Origin: Promethearchaeia archaeon | Lineage (GTDB): Archaea > Asgardarchaeota > Lokiarchaeia > Sigyniarchaeales > SOKP01 | Length of the DNA stretch: 64,000 nucleotides | Direction of reading: 5' to 3' | Assembly (NCBI GenBank): GCA_029856045.1 | Contig: JAHQWG010000033.1 | Location: forward strand, 77,885-141,884 | The notes under the pieces: generated by a model | Told to the model about the DNA's origin: nothing | The model's database searches: none | The model's input: only the letters and a program-made list of their open reading frames with translations | Program-made: the position numbers and the translations under genes | Shown: positions 48,013 to 58,019 of the stretch, in pieces | Layout: each line of letters opens with the position of its first letter | Numbering within the stretch: the stretch's first letter is position 1

Positions 48013-50898
48013 TTAAAAATAAATTTCTTTTTTTCGGGCGTAAAACTTTACTAATTCAAACGGAATAATTGTAATTAATGAGATCAAGAAACAGATTAAC
48101 CAATCCAATGCAGTTAAATTCATAAACATAAAATTAATACCAATTTGTGCTAATCCTACTTGAACTCCAGGCATATACATTAATAATAAAAACACAGCAT
48201 ATAGAAAGCCTAGAATTAAATACATTCTTTTATTACTCGCTTCTTTTACACTTTTTATCAAAGATTCATTAGGGCGCCTTATTTGTAGAACTAAGATTGT
48301 TTCAGAAAAAAATAATGTAGTCATTAGCATAGTGAGTGTTTTAACAACGTTTAAATCAATACCTGAAGTCAAAGACATTGTTTCAGTTGTGAAAAGATAA
48401 GCAGCATTTAAAATATCAAATTCATAATTCAATGGAAAAACGGGATATAATCCTGTAATACATATTATATAAACAACTCCCATACTGATTGCAAGTAATC
48501 CACCAAATATTAGAAGTAATATAATAACATTTTTAGATAAAATTTCTTCGGAATCGCGAGGTTTCTCTTTCATTATATCTTTAGATGTAGTATCGAAAGT
48601 TAAAACCAGACCTGGGAAAGTATGAAGAGTAATTGCCAAAAATATCCATTGGAAAATATATTCTTCTGTGAGGAAATATGGGAATCCTAGAATGGCAAAT
48701 AAAATAAATTGAAAAATACCTTCAAATAAATTTATACAAATATAAAAAAATACTACAGCTCTAATTCTTGTAAAAATTCCTCGTCCTTCTCGAATTCCTT
48801 CAACAATAGAAATGAAAGAATCATCAGAAATTACCATATCAGACGCTTCTTTCGCAACATCAGTTCCTTGTATTCCCATGGCAATACCTGCATCTGCCAT
48901 ATTTAAAGCTAATGCGTCATTAACTCCATCTCCTGTCATTGCAACAACTTTCTTCTGTTCTTGATATTTTTCAACGATATCCTGTTTGTGTTCAGGAGAC
49001 ACCCTTGCAAAAACTCTCACTTTATTAAACTCCTTAGATGATTTAATAGATTTTATCTGATTCCCTTCTATTACCAATTCTCCTTCAGATAAGATTGAAA
49101 TTTGGGATGCAATCGCTTTTGCAGTATTTGGGGAATCACCAGTTATCATTATAACTTCTACTCCAGCATTATTGCATAATTCAACGGATTCTTTTACACC
49201 TTCTCTTGGAGGATCTAAAATTGTCACAAATCCGATATAGATCATTTCCGATTCGCAAATATTTCTTCCTTCTTCAAGATTTTCAGGAAGGAGATCTAAT
49301 TTTTTGTAGCAGAGACTTAATATCCTGTAACCCATATTTGCATATTTATTAACATTATTCAGAATTTCCTGCTTTAAATCATCAGATAGATCCATTTCTT
49401 TATTATGATACAAAACTCGTTTACATTGCGGAATTAAGATCTCAGTTGCGCCTTTTGTAAATGAGAAAAAAGTTTTTTCTTTTTTATATATTTTAGTCAT
49501 TCTTTTTATTGAAGAATCAAATGGATATTCTCTTATGAATTTAAACTCTTCATCAACATTATAATTTTGTATAGATTTTTGATATAATACATTGAGGGCT
49601 CCTTCAGTCGGTGAGCCAATTATATCATATTTATTAATAATTTTTTGACCTTTTGTGGCAGTTTTAATCTCTTTTTTAACTAAAGCTGAATTATTATTAA
49701 GAAAACCTGAAATCAGCAATAATTTCAACTGAGGATATTTTTCCACATTTTTAATAATTTTAGGATTCTTTATATCGTCCATCAAAATGATGTCTCCCTC
49801 TGGATTATAGCCACTCCCTGAAATTTTAAAAATTGAACCATTTACCCAAACAAATTGCACACACATTTGATTTTTAGTTAAAGTCCCAGTTTTATCTGAA
49901 CATACAACGCTCACTCTACCTAAACTATCAACTGAGGCAAGATTTCGAATTATAACTCCTTTTTGAGCCATAAATAAAACTCCTGTTAATAATACAATCG
50001 TTGTAAGTAGAGGTATATTAATTGGCATTATATCCATTGCTGAGTTCAAACTATCTACTATTTCAAAATATAAAAATTGACTCGCGATCCATTTGATCAT
50101 TAACGTTCCGAACCAGAATATCAAAACTGCTAGTCCTAGCCATTTTCCAAAGTTATTCATCTTTTCTCTTATAGGAATTTCACTTGTTCCTGCTTCTTCC
50201 ATTAAATGTGAGATTTTACCAATTTCAGTATTACCACCAGTCTTTACCGTTATTGCATTACCATTTCCTGTTGCTATGAATGTTCCGTAGAAAATCATAT
50301 TTTTCCGTTCTGAAATGGGAATCTTTTCAGAACTAAGAGCTGTTCCTTTCTCTAATTTCTTTACTGGTTCACTTTCTCCTGTTAGACTAGCTTCATTAAC
50401 TAGCAAATTTGAAGATTCAATAATCCTAGCATCTGCCGGAATTCTATCACCTTGGTTTAAAACTAATAAATCACCTGGAACAACATTATTTGTTGGTATT
50501 TGTTTCTTTTCACCATCCCTTTTAACAACAGTAGTAGGTGCAGATAATTGTCTTAATGCTTGTAATTTTTTTGTTGCTCTATATTGTTGAATAATTGCAA
50601 CTACGCAATTCAGAAGCACAACCCCTAAAGTTAAATAAACTATTATTAGATTTCCCTCTTCTAAAAATATAACAGCTAAAAATAGGATTAGAGCACCTAT
50701 TAAATATATTACTATAAGCCAATTGAAAAGAGGTGCTAAATAAACTTTAAAAATTGATTTCTTAACTTTAGGAATCTCATTTAATCCATGTAATTCCAGC
50801 CTTTTCTTAGCCTCAACCTCAGTTAATCCAGTATTCTCATTAGTTTGAAAAATTTCACGAATTTCTAGAATAGATTTATTATAATAAATATCGTTCAT
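48013..50898 (-). CDS. P-type ATPase, P2-like scaffold with atypical TM4 (PINIP)
   Basis: LTGES, CSDKTGT, KGA, DPPR, MITGD, MTGDGVND. Confidence 0.95.
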   Translation of the reverse strand: MNDIYYNKSILEIREIFQTNENTGLTEVEAKKRLELHGLNEIPKVKKSIFKVYLAPLFNWLIVIYLIGALILFLAVIFLEEGNLIIVYLTLGVVLLNCVVAIIQQYRATKKLQALRQLSAPTTVVKRDGEKKQIPTNNVVPGDLLVLNQGDRIPADARIIESSNLLVNEASLTGESEPVKKLEKGTALSSEKIPISERKNMIFYGTFIATGNGNAITVKTGGNTEIGKISHLMEEAGTSEIPIREKMNNFGKWLGLAVLIFWFGTLMIKWIASQFLYFEIVDSLNSAMDIMPINIPLLTTIVLLTGVLFMAQKGVIIRNLASVDSLGRVSVVCSDKTGTLTKNQMCVQFVWVNGSIFKISGSGYNPEGDIILMDDIKNPKIIKNVEKYPQLKLLLISGFLNNNSALVKKEIKTATKGQKIINKYDIIGSPTEGALNVLYQKSIQNYNVDEEFKFIREYPFDSSIKRMTKIYKKEKTFFSFTKGATEILIPQCKRVLYHNKEMDLSDDLKQEILNNVNKYANMGYRILSLCYKKLDLLPENLEEGRNICESEMIYIGFVTILDPPREGVKESVELCNNAGVEVIMITGDSPNTAKAIASQISILSEGELVIEGNQIKSIKSSKEFNKVRVFARVSPEHKQDIVEKYQEQKKVVAMTGDGVNDALALNMADAGIAMGIQGTDVAKEASDMVISDDSFISIVEGIREGRGIFTRIRAVVFFYICINLFEGIFQFILFAILGFPYFLTEEYIFQWIFLAITLHTFPGLVLTFDTTSKDIMKEKPRDSEEILSKNVIILLLIFGGLLAISMGVVYIICITGLYPVFPLNYEFDILNAAYLFTTETMSLTSGIDLNVVKTLTMLMTTLFFSETILVLQIRRPNESLIKSVKEASNKRMYLILGFLYAVFLLLMYMPGVQVGLAQIGINFMFMNLTALDWLICFLISLITIIPFELVKFYARKKEIYF

Positions 50899-50957
50899 TA
50901 AAATTTCACTTTTTTTATCTTACTAAAAACATAATAAATAAACTTTAAAAATATTGA

Positions 50958-53900
50958 TTAGAAAAATATTTTTCGTTTTCTTGCAAAATATTTAAAAAGT
51001 TCTACTCCAACAACACTTTGAGCAACAAAAACAAGCACCCAAATCCAATCTGTTGGACCTAAAAACATATAATTAAATTGAAAGTTTAAACCTAGAACAT
51101 CATTTATCGCATAATTGACAGGATATGAAAATACTATAAATAAAACGTGAATTATAACACAAAACATACTCATACCCATCAAATATTTGTCGAATTCATT
51201 GATAAAACTGTGTTTAAATGAATTATTTGGGCGTCGAATGCTCCAAATAAAAGTTGTTTCAGATAAATATAACACTGTCATACACATAGTTCTAGCTTTT
51301 TGGTGTGCTAAATTCATTGGCAAAACTAACCTATCTGAACCATATAGATCTTCCGCCAAAATGTAACTTAAATTTTGATCCAAATTAAACTCATTAATAG
51401 GTATTATATTGAAAAACGTAAGATAATATGATAAAGCGAACCCTAAACCCATTAAAACAGCTTGAGCAATTAATAACATAATTAATTGCTTATTTAATAT
51501 TTCTTCCTCATTTCTTGGAGGTTCTTTCATGATATCTTTCGGAACTTTATCTACTACTAATGCAAGGGATGGGAAAGAATGGACAATTGCAAATACATAT
51601 ATATGCTGCCAATTATTAAATAGCTTAAATCCTTCAATAGGAAGAAATTCAGCAGTAAAAAAGAAAACTGCTTCCACAATATTTATGCAAATGAAGAAAA
51701 ATATTATTACTCTAATTCTAGAAACAATTCCACGACCAATTCTCACTCCTTTTTCTATTGATACAAAGTTGTCATCGGAGATTACCATATCAGATACTTC
51801 TTTTGCAACATCCGTCCCAGTTATACCCATTGCAATCCCAGTATTAGCTAATTTTAGTGCAAGAGAATCATTAATTCCATCTCCAGTCATTGCTACGATA
51901 CGACCTTGTTCTTGGTATCTTTTAATAATTTTTTCTTTATCAGATGGAACCACTCTCGCAAAAACAGATACGTTATTAAAATCTTTTGTAGTTAAGCTTT
52001 CTATGTTTTTTCCCTCAACAACGATATCACCCTCATCAAAAAGATCAATATTTTTTGCTATTGCTTCGGCCGTTGCTGGATGATCACCTGTGATCATAAC
52101 TACATCTATTCCCGCAGATTTACAACTTTTAATAGCTTCTGTTACTCCTTCACGGGGTGGGTCTAAAATTACCACAAACCCTAAAAATATTAAATTGATT
52201 TCAACATAATCTCGACTAAATTTTTCATTTTTAGCCATAGTATTATCTATTTCTTTATAAGCAATACTTAAAGTACGAAATCCACTTTCTGCATATTCCT
52301 TAATTAAATCCAAAATTTCTAATTGTTTTTCATCACTTAATGATAAAATTTTCTTATTTAATATAATTTGATTGCATCTTTTCACAATTATTTCTGAAGC
52401 ACCCTTCACGAATGCATAGATTTTCTTTTCTTTCTTATCTTTAGGTTTATATATTGTACTCATTCTCTTAACAGAAGAGTCAAATGAAAATTCTTGAATA
52501 CGTTCAAATTTTTCCTTTAATTTATTAAGATCCATACCAGATTTTTCAGCTAAAACTAATAATGCTGCTTCAGTTGGACTTCCTAAAGCACGTCTAATTG
52601 TTTTAGTTTTCTTTTTTTTTGTTTTTATTTTTACGTCTTCTTCAACTATCGAAGAAATATTATTCAAAACCATAGATGTAATAAAAAAATCAAAATGATT
52701 TTTCTTATCAAAAGTAGCTTTTTTACCATCAATTTTGATTTCTCCCTCTTTATCATACCCAACACCCGAAACTTCATAAATAACGTTATCAAACCAGAAT
52801 TTTTTGACAGTCATCTCATTTTTTGTGATTGTTCCTGTTTTATCTGTACATATAACTGAAACTCTACCCATAGATTCTATTGCTGATAAGTTACGAATTA
52901 TTACACCGCTTTTTGCCAAATTTAGCACTCCTGTGAGCATCACCAATGTAGCTAAAATAGGAAGATTTATAGGAATAACATTCATAGATCTAATAATTGC
53001 AGCAACTAGTTCTCCTCTGATATTTTCGGAATTAAAAATCTCAAGTATTGCTAACACGCTGAGTTTATATATAACCAAAATTGAGAGATTTATAAATACA
53101 ATTACAACAAGCCATTTGGCAAAATTGTTCATTTTTCGAGTTAAAGGGATATCTTCTATACTTCCCATTTCATTTAAAGTTTGAGAGATTTTTCCAATTT
53201 CGGTTCTTATTCCGGTTGCAGCAACTATTGCTTTCCCTCTACCTGTCGCAACATAAGTTCCCATAAAAGCCATGTTAAGTTGTTTTTGTAAAGGAATTTC
53301 TTTTTTTTCAATTTTTCTTTCATTTTTTTCAATAGAAACACTCTCACCAGTTAATGGTGCTTCATCTATTGAAAAATTTACACTTTCAAATAATCTTGCA
53401 TCAGTGGGAATCTTATCTCCTTGATTTATTACAATAATATCACCAGGAACGAGTTCTCGAGTTTCTATTTCTATTCGAGCTCCATCTCGAATTACAGTTG
53501 TAGTTAGTGCTGAAATTTTTTTTAAAGACTCTAATGCCTTTTGTGCTCTATATTGTTGAATAATTGCAGTGAGAGAGTTTGCAATAATTACACCCCAAGT
53601 TATGTATGTAGAAGCTGGATCTCCTAAGATCAAAATAATTGTGCCAGAAAGAATTAAAATAACGATTAAAAAATTAAAAACTGGTGCTAAATACACTTTC
53701 CAAATTGATTTTCTTATTTTTGGAAGTTCGTTATAACCATATTCTTTTACTCTATCTTCAATATCTTCCTGTCTTAAACCGACTTCAATGTTTGTATTTA
53801 AATCTTTTGAAATTTCCTCAATAGAGTAATTATAATATGGCTTAGAAGCTATTGCCTTTATCCTCTCTAATTCTAATAGCGCCTTCTCATCAATGCGAAA

Positions 53901-53987
53901 AATTTTATTCTTTATTTTCTTTAAAGTTTTAGGTAATTTTTTGGTTTTTGAAGAAGTTTTTTGAGATTTATCTTCTTGATTTTTCAT
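50958..53987 (-). CDS. P-type ATPase, P2-like scaffold with atypical TM4 (PINLP)
   Basis: LTGES, CTDKTGT, KGA, DPPR, MITGD, MTGDGIND. Confidence 0.95.
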   Translation of the reverse strand: MKNQEDKSQKTSSKTKKLPKTLKKIKNKIFRIDEKALLELERIKAIASKPYYNYSIEEISKDLNTNIEVGLRQEDIEDRVKEYGYNELPKIRKSIWKVYLAPVFNFLIVILILSGTIILILGDPASTYITWGVIIANSLTAIIQQYRAQKALESLKKISALTTTVIRDGARIEIETRELVPGDIIVINQGDKIPTDARLFESVNFSIDEAPLTGESVSIEKNERKIEKKEIPLQKQLNMAFMGTYVATGRGKAIVAATGIRTEIGKISQTLNEMGSIEDIPLTRKMNNFAKWLVVIVFINLSILVIYKLSVLAILEIFNSENIRGELVAAIIRSMNVIPINLPILATLVMLTGVLNLAKSGVIIRNLSAIESMGRVSVICTDKTGTITKNEMTVKKFWFDNVIYEVSGVGYDKEGEIKIDGKKATFDKKNHFDFFITSMVLNNISSIVEEDVKIKTKKKKTKTIRRALGSPTEAALLVLAEKSGMDLNKLKEKFERIQEFSFDSSVKRMSTIYKPKDKKEKKIYAFVKGASEIIVKRCNQIILNKKILSLSDEKQLEILDLIKEYAESGFRTLSIAYKEIDNTMAKNEKFSRDYVEINLIFLGFVVILDPPREGVTEAIKSCKSAGIDVVMITGDHPATAEAIAKNIDLFDEGDIVVEGKNIESLTTKDFNNVSVFARVVPSDKEKIIKRYQEQGRIVAMTGDGINDSLALKLANTGIAMGITGTDVAKEVSDMVISDDNFVSIEKGVRIGRGIVSRIRVIIFFFICINIVEAVFFFTAEFLPIEGFKLFNNWQHIYVFAIVHSFPSLALVVDKVPKDIMKEPPRNEEEILNKQLIMLLIAQAVLMGLGFALSYYLTFFNIIPINEFNLDQNLSYILAEDLYGSDRLVLPMNLAHQKARTMCMTVLYLSETTFIWSIRRPNNSFKHSFINEFDKYLMGMSMFCVIIHVLFIVFSYPVNYAINDVLGLNFQFNYMFLGPTDWIWVLVFVAQSVVGVELFKYFARKRKIFF

Positions 53988-54124
53988 TATAATTCATGTA
54001 ATATTGATTTCTTCGATTAATAAAAAGTAAACAATATAGACTTAAAATCTTTTTAATAAAAATTAATAATAAAGAGATATCTTTAGAAAAAGCTCAATTT
54101 AAAAAAAGTTATTATGAATTATAA

Positions 54125-54442
54125 TTAAAAAAAGATTGATCTCCTTCTTCTCCTTCGATAAATTCTATGCCCTCGTCCAAATAATAATGCAGCACCAACA
54201 GCTAATCCAATATTATCGTCTCCTCCATGTACTCCAGAATAAATTGGTGGCGGTGATGATTGAGATGATGGATTTGGATTATCTATCTCATATGGATTAG
54301 ATGGATCAGCAGCTTGTGATGTTTGAACTGATTGTGTTTGAAAATTTGGGCTTGGATCTTCTTTCAACTCCCATCCACAATCAGGGCAGAATCTTATACT
54401 TGGGTCTAATTTTTTTCCACAATACTGACAAAAATTAACTAT
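54125..54442 (-). CDS. Zinc-ribbon protein with Pro/Ser-rich linker and Arg-rich tail (105 aa; start at ATA inferred)
   Basis: In-frame extension VNFCQYCGKKLDPSIRFCPDCGWEL upstream of the tracked ORF; GGTGA RBS 6 nt before ATA. Confidence 0.75.
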   Translation of the reverse strand: MVNFCQYCGKKLDPSIRFCPDCGWELKEDPSPNFQTQSVQTSQAADPSNPYEIDNPNPSSQSSPPPIYSGVHGGDDNIGLAVGAALLFGRGHRIYRRRRRRSIFF

Positions 54443-54548
54443 TTTTTATCACCAATTAAAAAAGAAGAAACTAAGTATATAAATATCATTAAGTCCAATT
54501 TTTATAAATCAAAATATTATCATTAATAATTGAATAAAAAATAAAGGC

Positions 54549-55718
54549 ATGATTATGAATAAAGTAGCGATAATAGGTGTAGGGCATACAAAATTTGGGA
54601 AGTTGGAAGATAAAAATTTGTTAGATCTATTATGCGATGCCTCATTACAAGCAATTGAAAATTCAAATACTAACGATAAAGATTTTGATGCTGTTTATGT
54701 ATCATGCATGTTAGCAGAAACATTGAATCATATGACAGGAATTGCAAGTGCTTTAGTAGATCGAATTGGCTTAATTCCGGCTGCAGCTGATCATATCAAG
54801 AATGGTCCTGCATCGGGTGGCTCGGCAATTAAAAATGCATTTTATGCAATTACCTCAGGGTTATGTGATATGGTTCTAGTTGCGGGCGCTGAAAAAATGA
54901 CTCATATTACAACGCCTGGCTCTATAACCTCAGCAATTGCCACTATAACCCATCATAATGCTGAAAGAATTCACGGAATCTCCCTCCCCTCATTAGGTGG
55001 ATTACTTACTCGAAGTTATATGGAAAAATATAATGTTCCTAAAGAATGGATAACTAGTATTGCTGTGAAAAACCACAAAAATGGAATGAATAATCCTAAT
55101 GCTCACTTTCAAAAAGAAATAACACTTGAAAAAGCTTTAAATTCTCCTATTATAGCGGATCCACTACGACTATATGATACTTGCCCTGTATCAGATGGAG
55201 GTGCTGCAATGGTTTTATGTTCTGCTGAAATGGCAAAAAGGTTCTGTGATACACCTATCCTTATTACAGGTGTGGGTCAGGCGACAGATACTCATATTGT
55301 TTATGAAAGAGAAGATCTAACTGTTTTAAAGGCACTTCAAATCTGCTCAAAACAAGCTTATAATATGGCTAAAAAAACTCCTATAGATATTGATGTTGCA
55401 GAATTACATGATGCATTTACAATTCTTGAAGTTGTAGAAAGTGAAGATATCGGCTTCTTCAAAAAAGGTGAGGGGGCAAAAGCCGCTTTTGATGGAATTA
55501 CACAGATCGGTGGTAAAATTCCAATAAATCCTTCAGGTGGGTTAAAAGCCCGGGGACATCCACTAGGTGCCACAGGTATTGCCCAAGTGATCGAATTGGT
55601 TTGGCAATTACAAAATGAAGCGGGGAAACGGCAAGTTCAAAATGCTCAAACAGGTATAACATGTAACTTTGGAGGATTTGGTAATAATATTGTGAGTATA
55701 TTAGTGGAGAGGATGTAA
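54549..55718 (+). CDS. Thiolase-superfamily protein (SCP2-type) lacking the nucleophilic Cys
   Basis: GVGHTKFG, NGPASGG (canonical NACASGG), PVSDGGAA, ELHDAF, NPSGGLKARGHPLGATG. Confidence 0.9.
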   Translation: MIMNKVAIIGVGHTKFGKLEDKNLLDLLCDASLQAIENSNTNDKDFDAVYVSCMLAETLNHMTGIASALVDRIGLIPAAADHIKNGPASGGSAIKNAFYAITSGLCDMVLVAGAEKMTHITTPGSITSAIATITHHNAERIHGISLPSLGGLLTRSYMEKYNVPKEWITSIAVKNHKNGMNNPNAHFQKEITLEKALNSPIIADPLRLYDTCPVSDGGAAMVLCSAEMAKRFCDTPILITGVGQATDTHIVYEREDLTVLKALQICSKQAYNMAKKTPIDIDVAELHDAFTILEVVESEDIGFFKKGEGAKAAFDGITQIGGKIPINPSGGLKARGHPLGATGIAQVIELVWQLQNEAGKRQVQNAQTGITCNFGGFGNNIVSILVERM

Positions 55719-55721
55719 AAT

Positions 55722-56072
55722 ATGAGTGAAACTACTATTATTTGGAAAAAATGCAAAAAATGCGGGAAACTTCAACATCCTGACCATCTCCGGTGCATTC
55801 AATGTAAAAATACAACATTTAATATAGTAAAATCTTCAGAAGATTGCAAATTATTAACTTATACAATTCTTACTGCTCCCCCCTCTGAATACCGCGATAA
55901 GAAATCTTACGCAATTGGTGTTGTAGAATATTCTAATGGATTGAAAGCAATAGGACAAATAAAAAGTCAAGAGAATCTTAAGATTGGAATGAAATTAAGA
56001 ACCAAAGTTGGAAAATTGACTAATAATTTAGATGGAGTTATAATTTTTGGAATTAAATATGAACCTTTTTAA
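55722..56072 (+). CDS. DUF35 Zn-ribbon/OB-fold protein (thiolase partner)
   Basis: CKKCG...CIQC, LLTYTI, IGMK; 3 nt after the thiolase stop. Confidence 0.9.
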   Translation: MSETTIIWKKCKKCGKLQHPDHLRCIQCKNTTFNIVKSSEDCKLLTYTILTAPPSEYRDKKSYAIGVVEYSNGLKAIGQIKSQENLKIGMKLRTKVGKLTNNLDGVIIFGIKYEPF

Positions 56073-56226
56073 AAATTAAATAATCATAGTATTTATTAAA
56101 GTCTTTATCGAGATTAACCAAAAATCCAAATCAAATTGAAATAACTGAAAACAACTGAATTAAATTGATAAAAATAAATCTCTAGAAAATCAATAATCTT
56201 TTTGTAAATATATTTAAGAAATAAAT

Positions 56227-56844
56227 TTGATAACAGTTATTATGAGTGAAAAAAATAAAGCAACTTATGTTGATATATTTGAAAAGATATTAAAAAGCTC
56301 AGATATATGTTATATAAGAAATTATAGCACTCAAACACAACCTTTTATGGGCTTAAACTTAGAAAATTTTGATTTTATTGCATTTAATGCGTTAGATGTA
56401 GATAAAAAATATGTGATTGATGTAATTGGGTTCGATTATCCTAATCCTTACGAAAAATCCGATAAAGCATATGAAATTGATGCTAAAATACCTCAAAGCT
56501 CAATAGATGATAATAGAAAAAATATCGAACATATGATTTTTTGGCAGAACTTATTTAGCGGAAGTTTTAAAAGTCTTTTAGTATTCTTTTATGAATTTAA
56601 GGAAAAAACTTCTGAAGAAAAATATAAATCCATAATGAAAAATAAAGTAGAAATAGTAGAATATAAAGAAGAAACAAATCTACGCAAATTTGGCATGACT
56701 GTTATTAAAGGTGATGATTATCTCTCTTATATTAATTTGAACGAAATTGATCCTGCTAATATAAAATTTAACCCTGGAGATGGACCAAATTTTCTTACCA
56801 AATTGAGTGATTTTCTACTTATAGAAAATTATAAGATCTCTTAA
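56227..56844 (+). CDS. HYExAFE-family-like PD-(D/E)xK-fold protein, probably degenerate
   Basis: YVDIFEKIL...CYI...NFDFIA...VIDVIG...FWQNLF...FKSLLVFFY. Confidence 0.5.
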   Translation: MITVIMSEKNKATYVDIFEKILKSSDICYIRNYSTQTQPFMGLNLENFDFIAFNALDVDKKYVIDVIGFDYPNPYEKSDKAYEIDAKIPQSSIDDNRKNIEHMIFWQNLFSGSFKSLLVFFYEFKEKTSEEKYKSIMKNKVEIVEYKEETNLRKFGMTVIKGDDYLSYINLNEIDPANIKFNPGDGPNFLTKLSDFLLIENYKIS

Positions 56845-56850
56845 ATAAAT

Positions 56851-57870
56851 TTAGATTAAAATACCCACAGGCTCTCCCAGAAACTGTTTTATATAATTAA
56901 ATTGTTTCCTTATAGTGGTAGCACTGAAGTCTGAAACTTCTTCATCTGCTATTATTTTTTGTGTAAAAATTTTTTTAAAAGGGCTAATCTGTGAAATATA
57001 ATAAAAGAATCCTGCAGTAAAAGCTTTTAGATTAACACTGTTAATAAATTTATAAGGAATTAGTTTTAATACCTTATAAGCCAAGAGCTGCATTTGAATT
57101 TTCATATTTTCAAATTTTTCTTCGTTTTCAATATAATTGCTAACTAAATGATATGAAATTCTGTTTATTTCTCTATTAAATAGAAACTTAATTTGTTCTT
57201 TTAATTTCTTTTCTAATTCTAATTTCAATTGTTTTTTTTCTTTTTTTATGAATGTTAACACATAATCCTTATCTTTTTTTTTCTTTACTTTAATCGTACT
57301 TACTTTAATCACTGCGTTATTTAACATCTTTTTATTAATTTTATGGCCTATCTCATTACAAATTTCTAAATATCTTTCAATTCTAATATTTGTTGAGTCT
57401 TTTATTTCATCCCAGATAATTGCAAAAAATATCAAAATCATATTTTGAAAGGGTTTTTTAAAGTTCTTTAGATAAGTAAGATATTTCTTTTTAATTGATT
57501 CAAATTGAACAGAATCAATCTGAATATTATGATTTTTAAGTAAATCAATCTCACTCTTTTGACGAGTAAAATTAGTTTTTGAATCTTTATACCATTTGCC
57601 GAGTTTTTTAATCTTATCATATTTTAGCTTTATTATTGGATCTTGTAAAGCTGCTTTATCCAGTTTTTTGATGCGATATTCATAAATACGTTGCTGATTT
57701 TCTAACTCACTGGAGTATGGGAAATTATCTTTTAATATTGTAATATCTTCACTTAATATCAAACCACAATCTTTACAAACGATATGCCCTCTATCCCTCA
57801 GTAAATTCTTATGAGAACATGACGTGGCGTCTTTTTTTACCAGATTTAACTTACTGTCTTTTTTTTGCAT
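56851..57870 (-). CDS. Divergent TFIIB/TFB-like protein (zinc ribbon plus cyclin-like repeats)
   Basis: CSH...HIVCKDCGLIL; C-terminal AGFFYYI...FTQKIIA...SATTIRK. Confidence 0.65.
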   Translation of the reverse strand: MQKKDSKLNLVKKDATSCSHKNLLRDRGHIVCKDCGLILSEDITILKDNFPYSSELENQQRIYEYRIKKLDKAALQDPIIKLKYDKIKKLGKWYKDSKTNFTRQKSEIDLLKNHNIQIDSVQFESIKKKYLTYLKNFKKPFQNMILIFFAIIWDEIKDSTNIRIERYLEICNEIGHKINKKMLNNAVIKVSTIKVKKKKDKDYVLTFIKKEKKQLKLELEKKLKEQIKFLFNREINRISYHLVSNYIENEEKFENMKIQMQLLAYKVLKLIPYKFINSVNLKAFTAGFFYYISQISPFKKIFTQKIIADEEVSDFSATTIRKQFNYIKQFLGEPVGILI

Positions 57871-58019
57871 GCCATTCTCTAATTTTATTTTAAATGTTTT
57901 TATTTTAAAATAAATAGTTGCAAAATCTATATATTTTTTTATATAAGATAATTCTCTATATTTATTCTATAAAAAAAATTATTGCTAAGAAAAAAAAAAA
58001 GAAAAATAGGTTAAAATTT

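Noticed and set aside
51529-53184. Plus-strand ORFs of 184 and 126 aa, and the other short antisense ORFs nested in long genes
   Set aside because: Antisense shadows of well-supported genes, with no motifs of their own.
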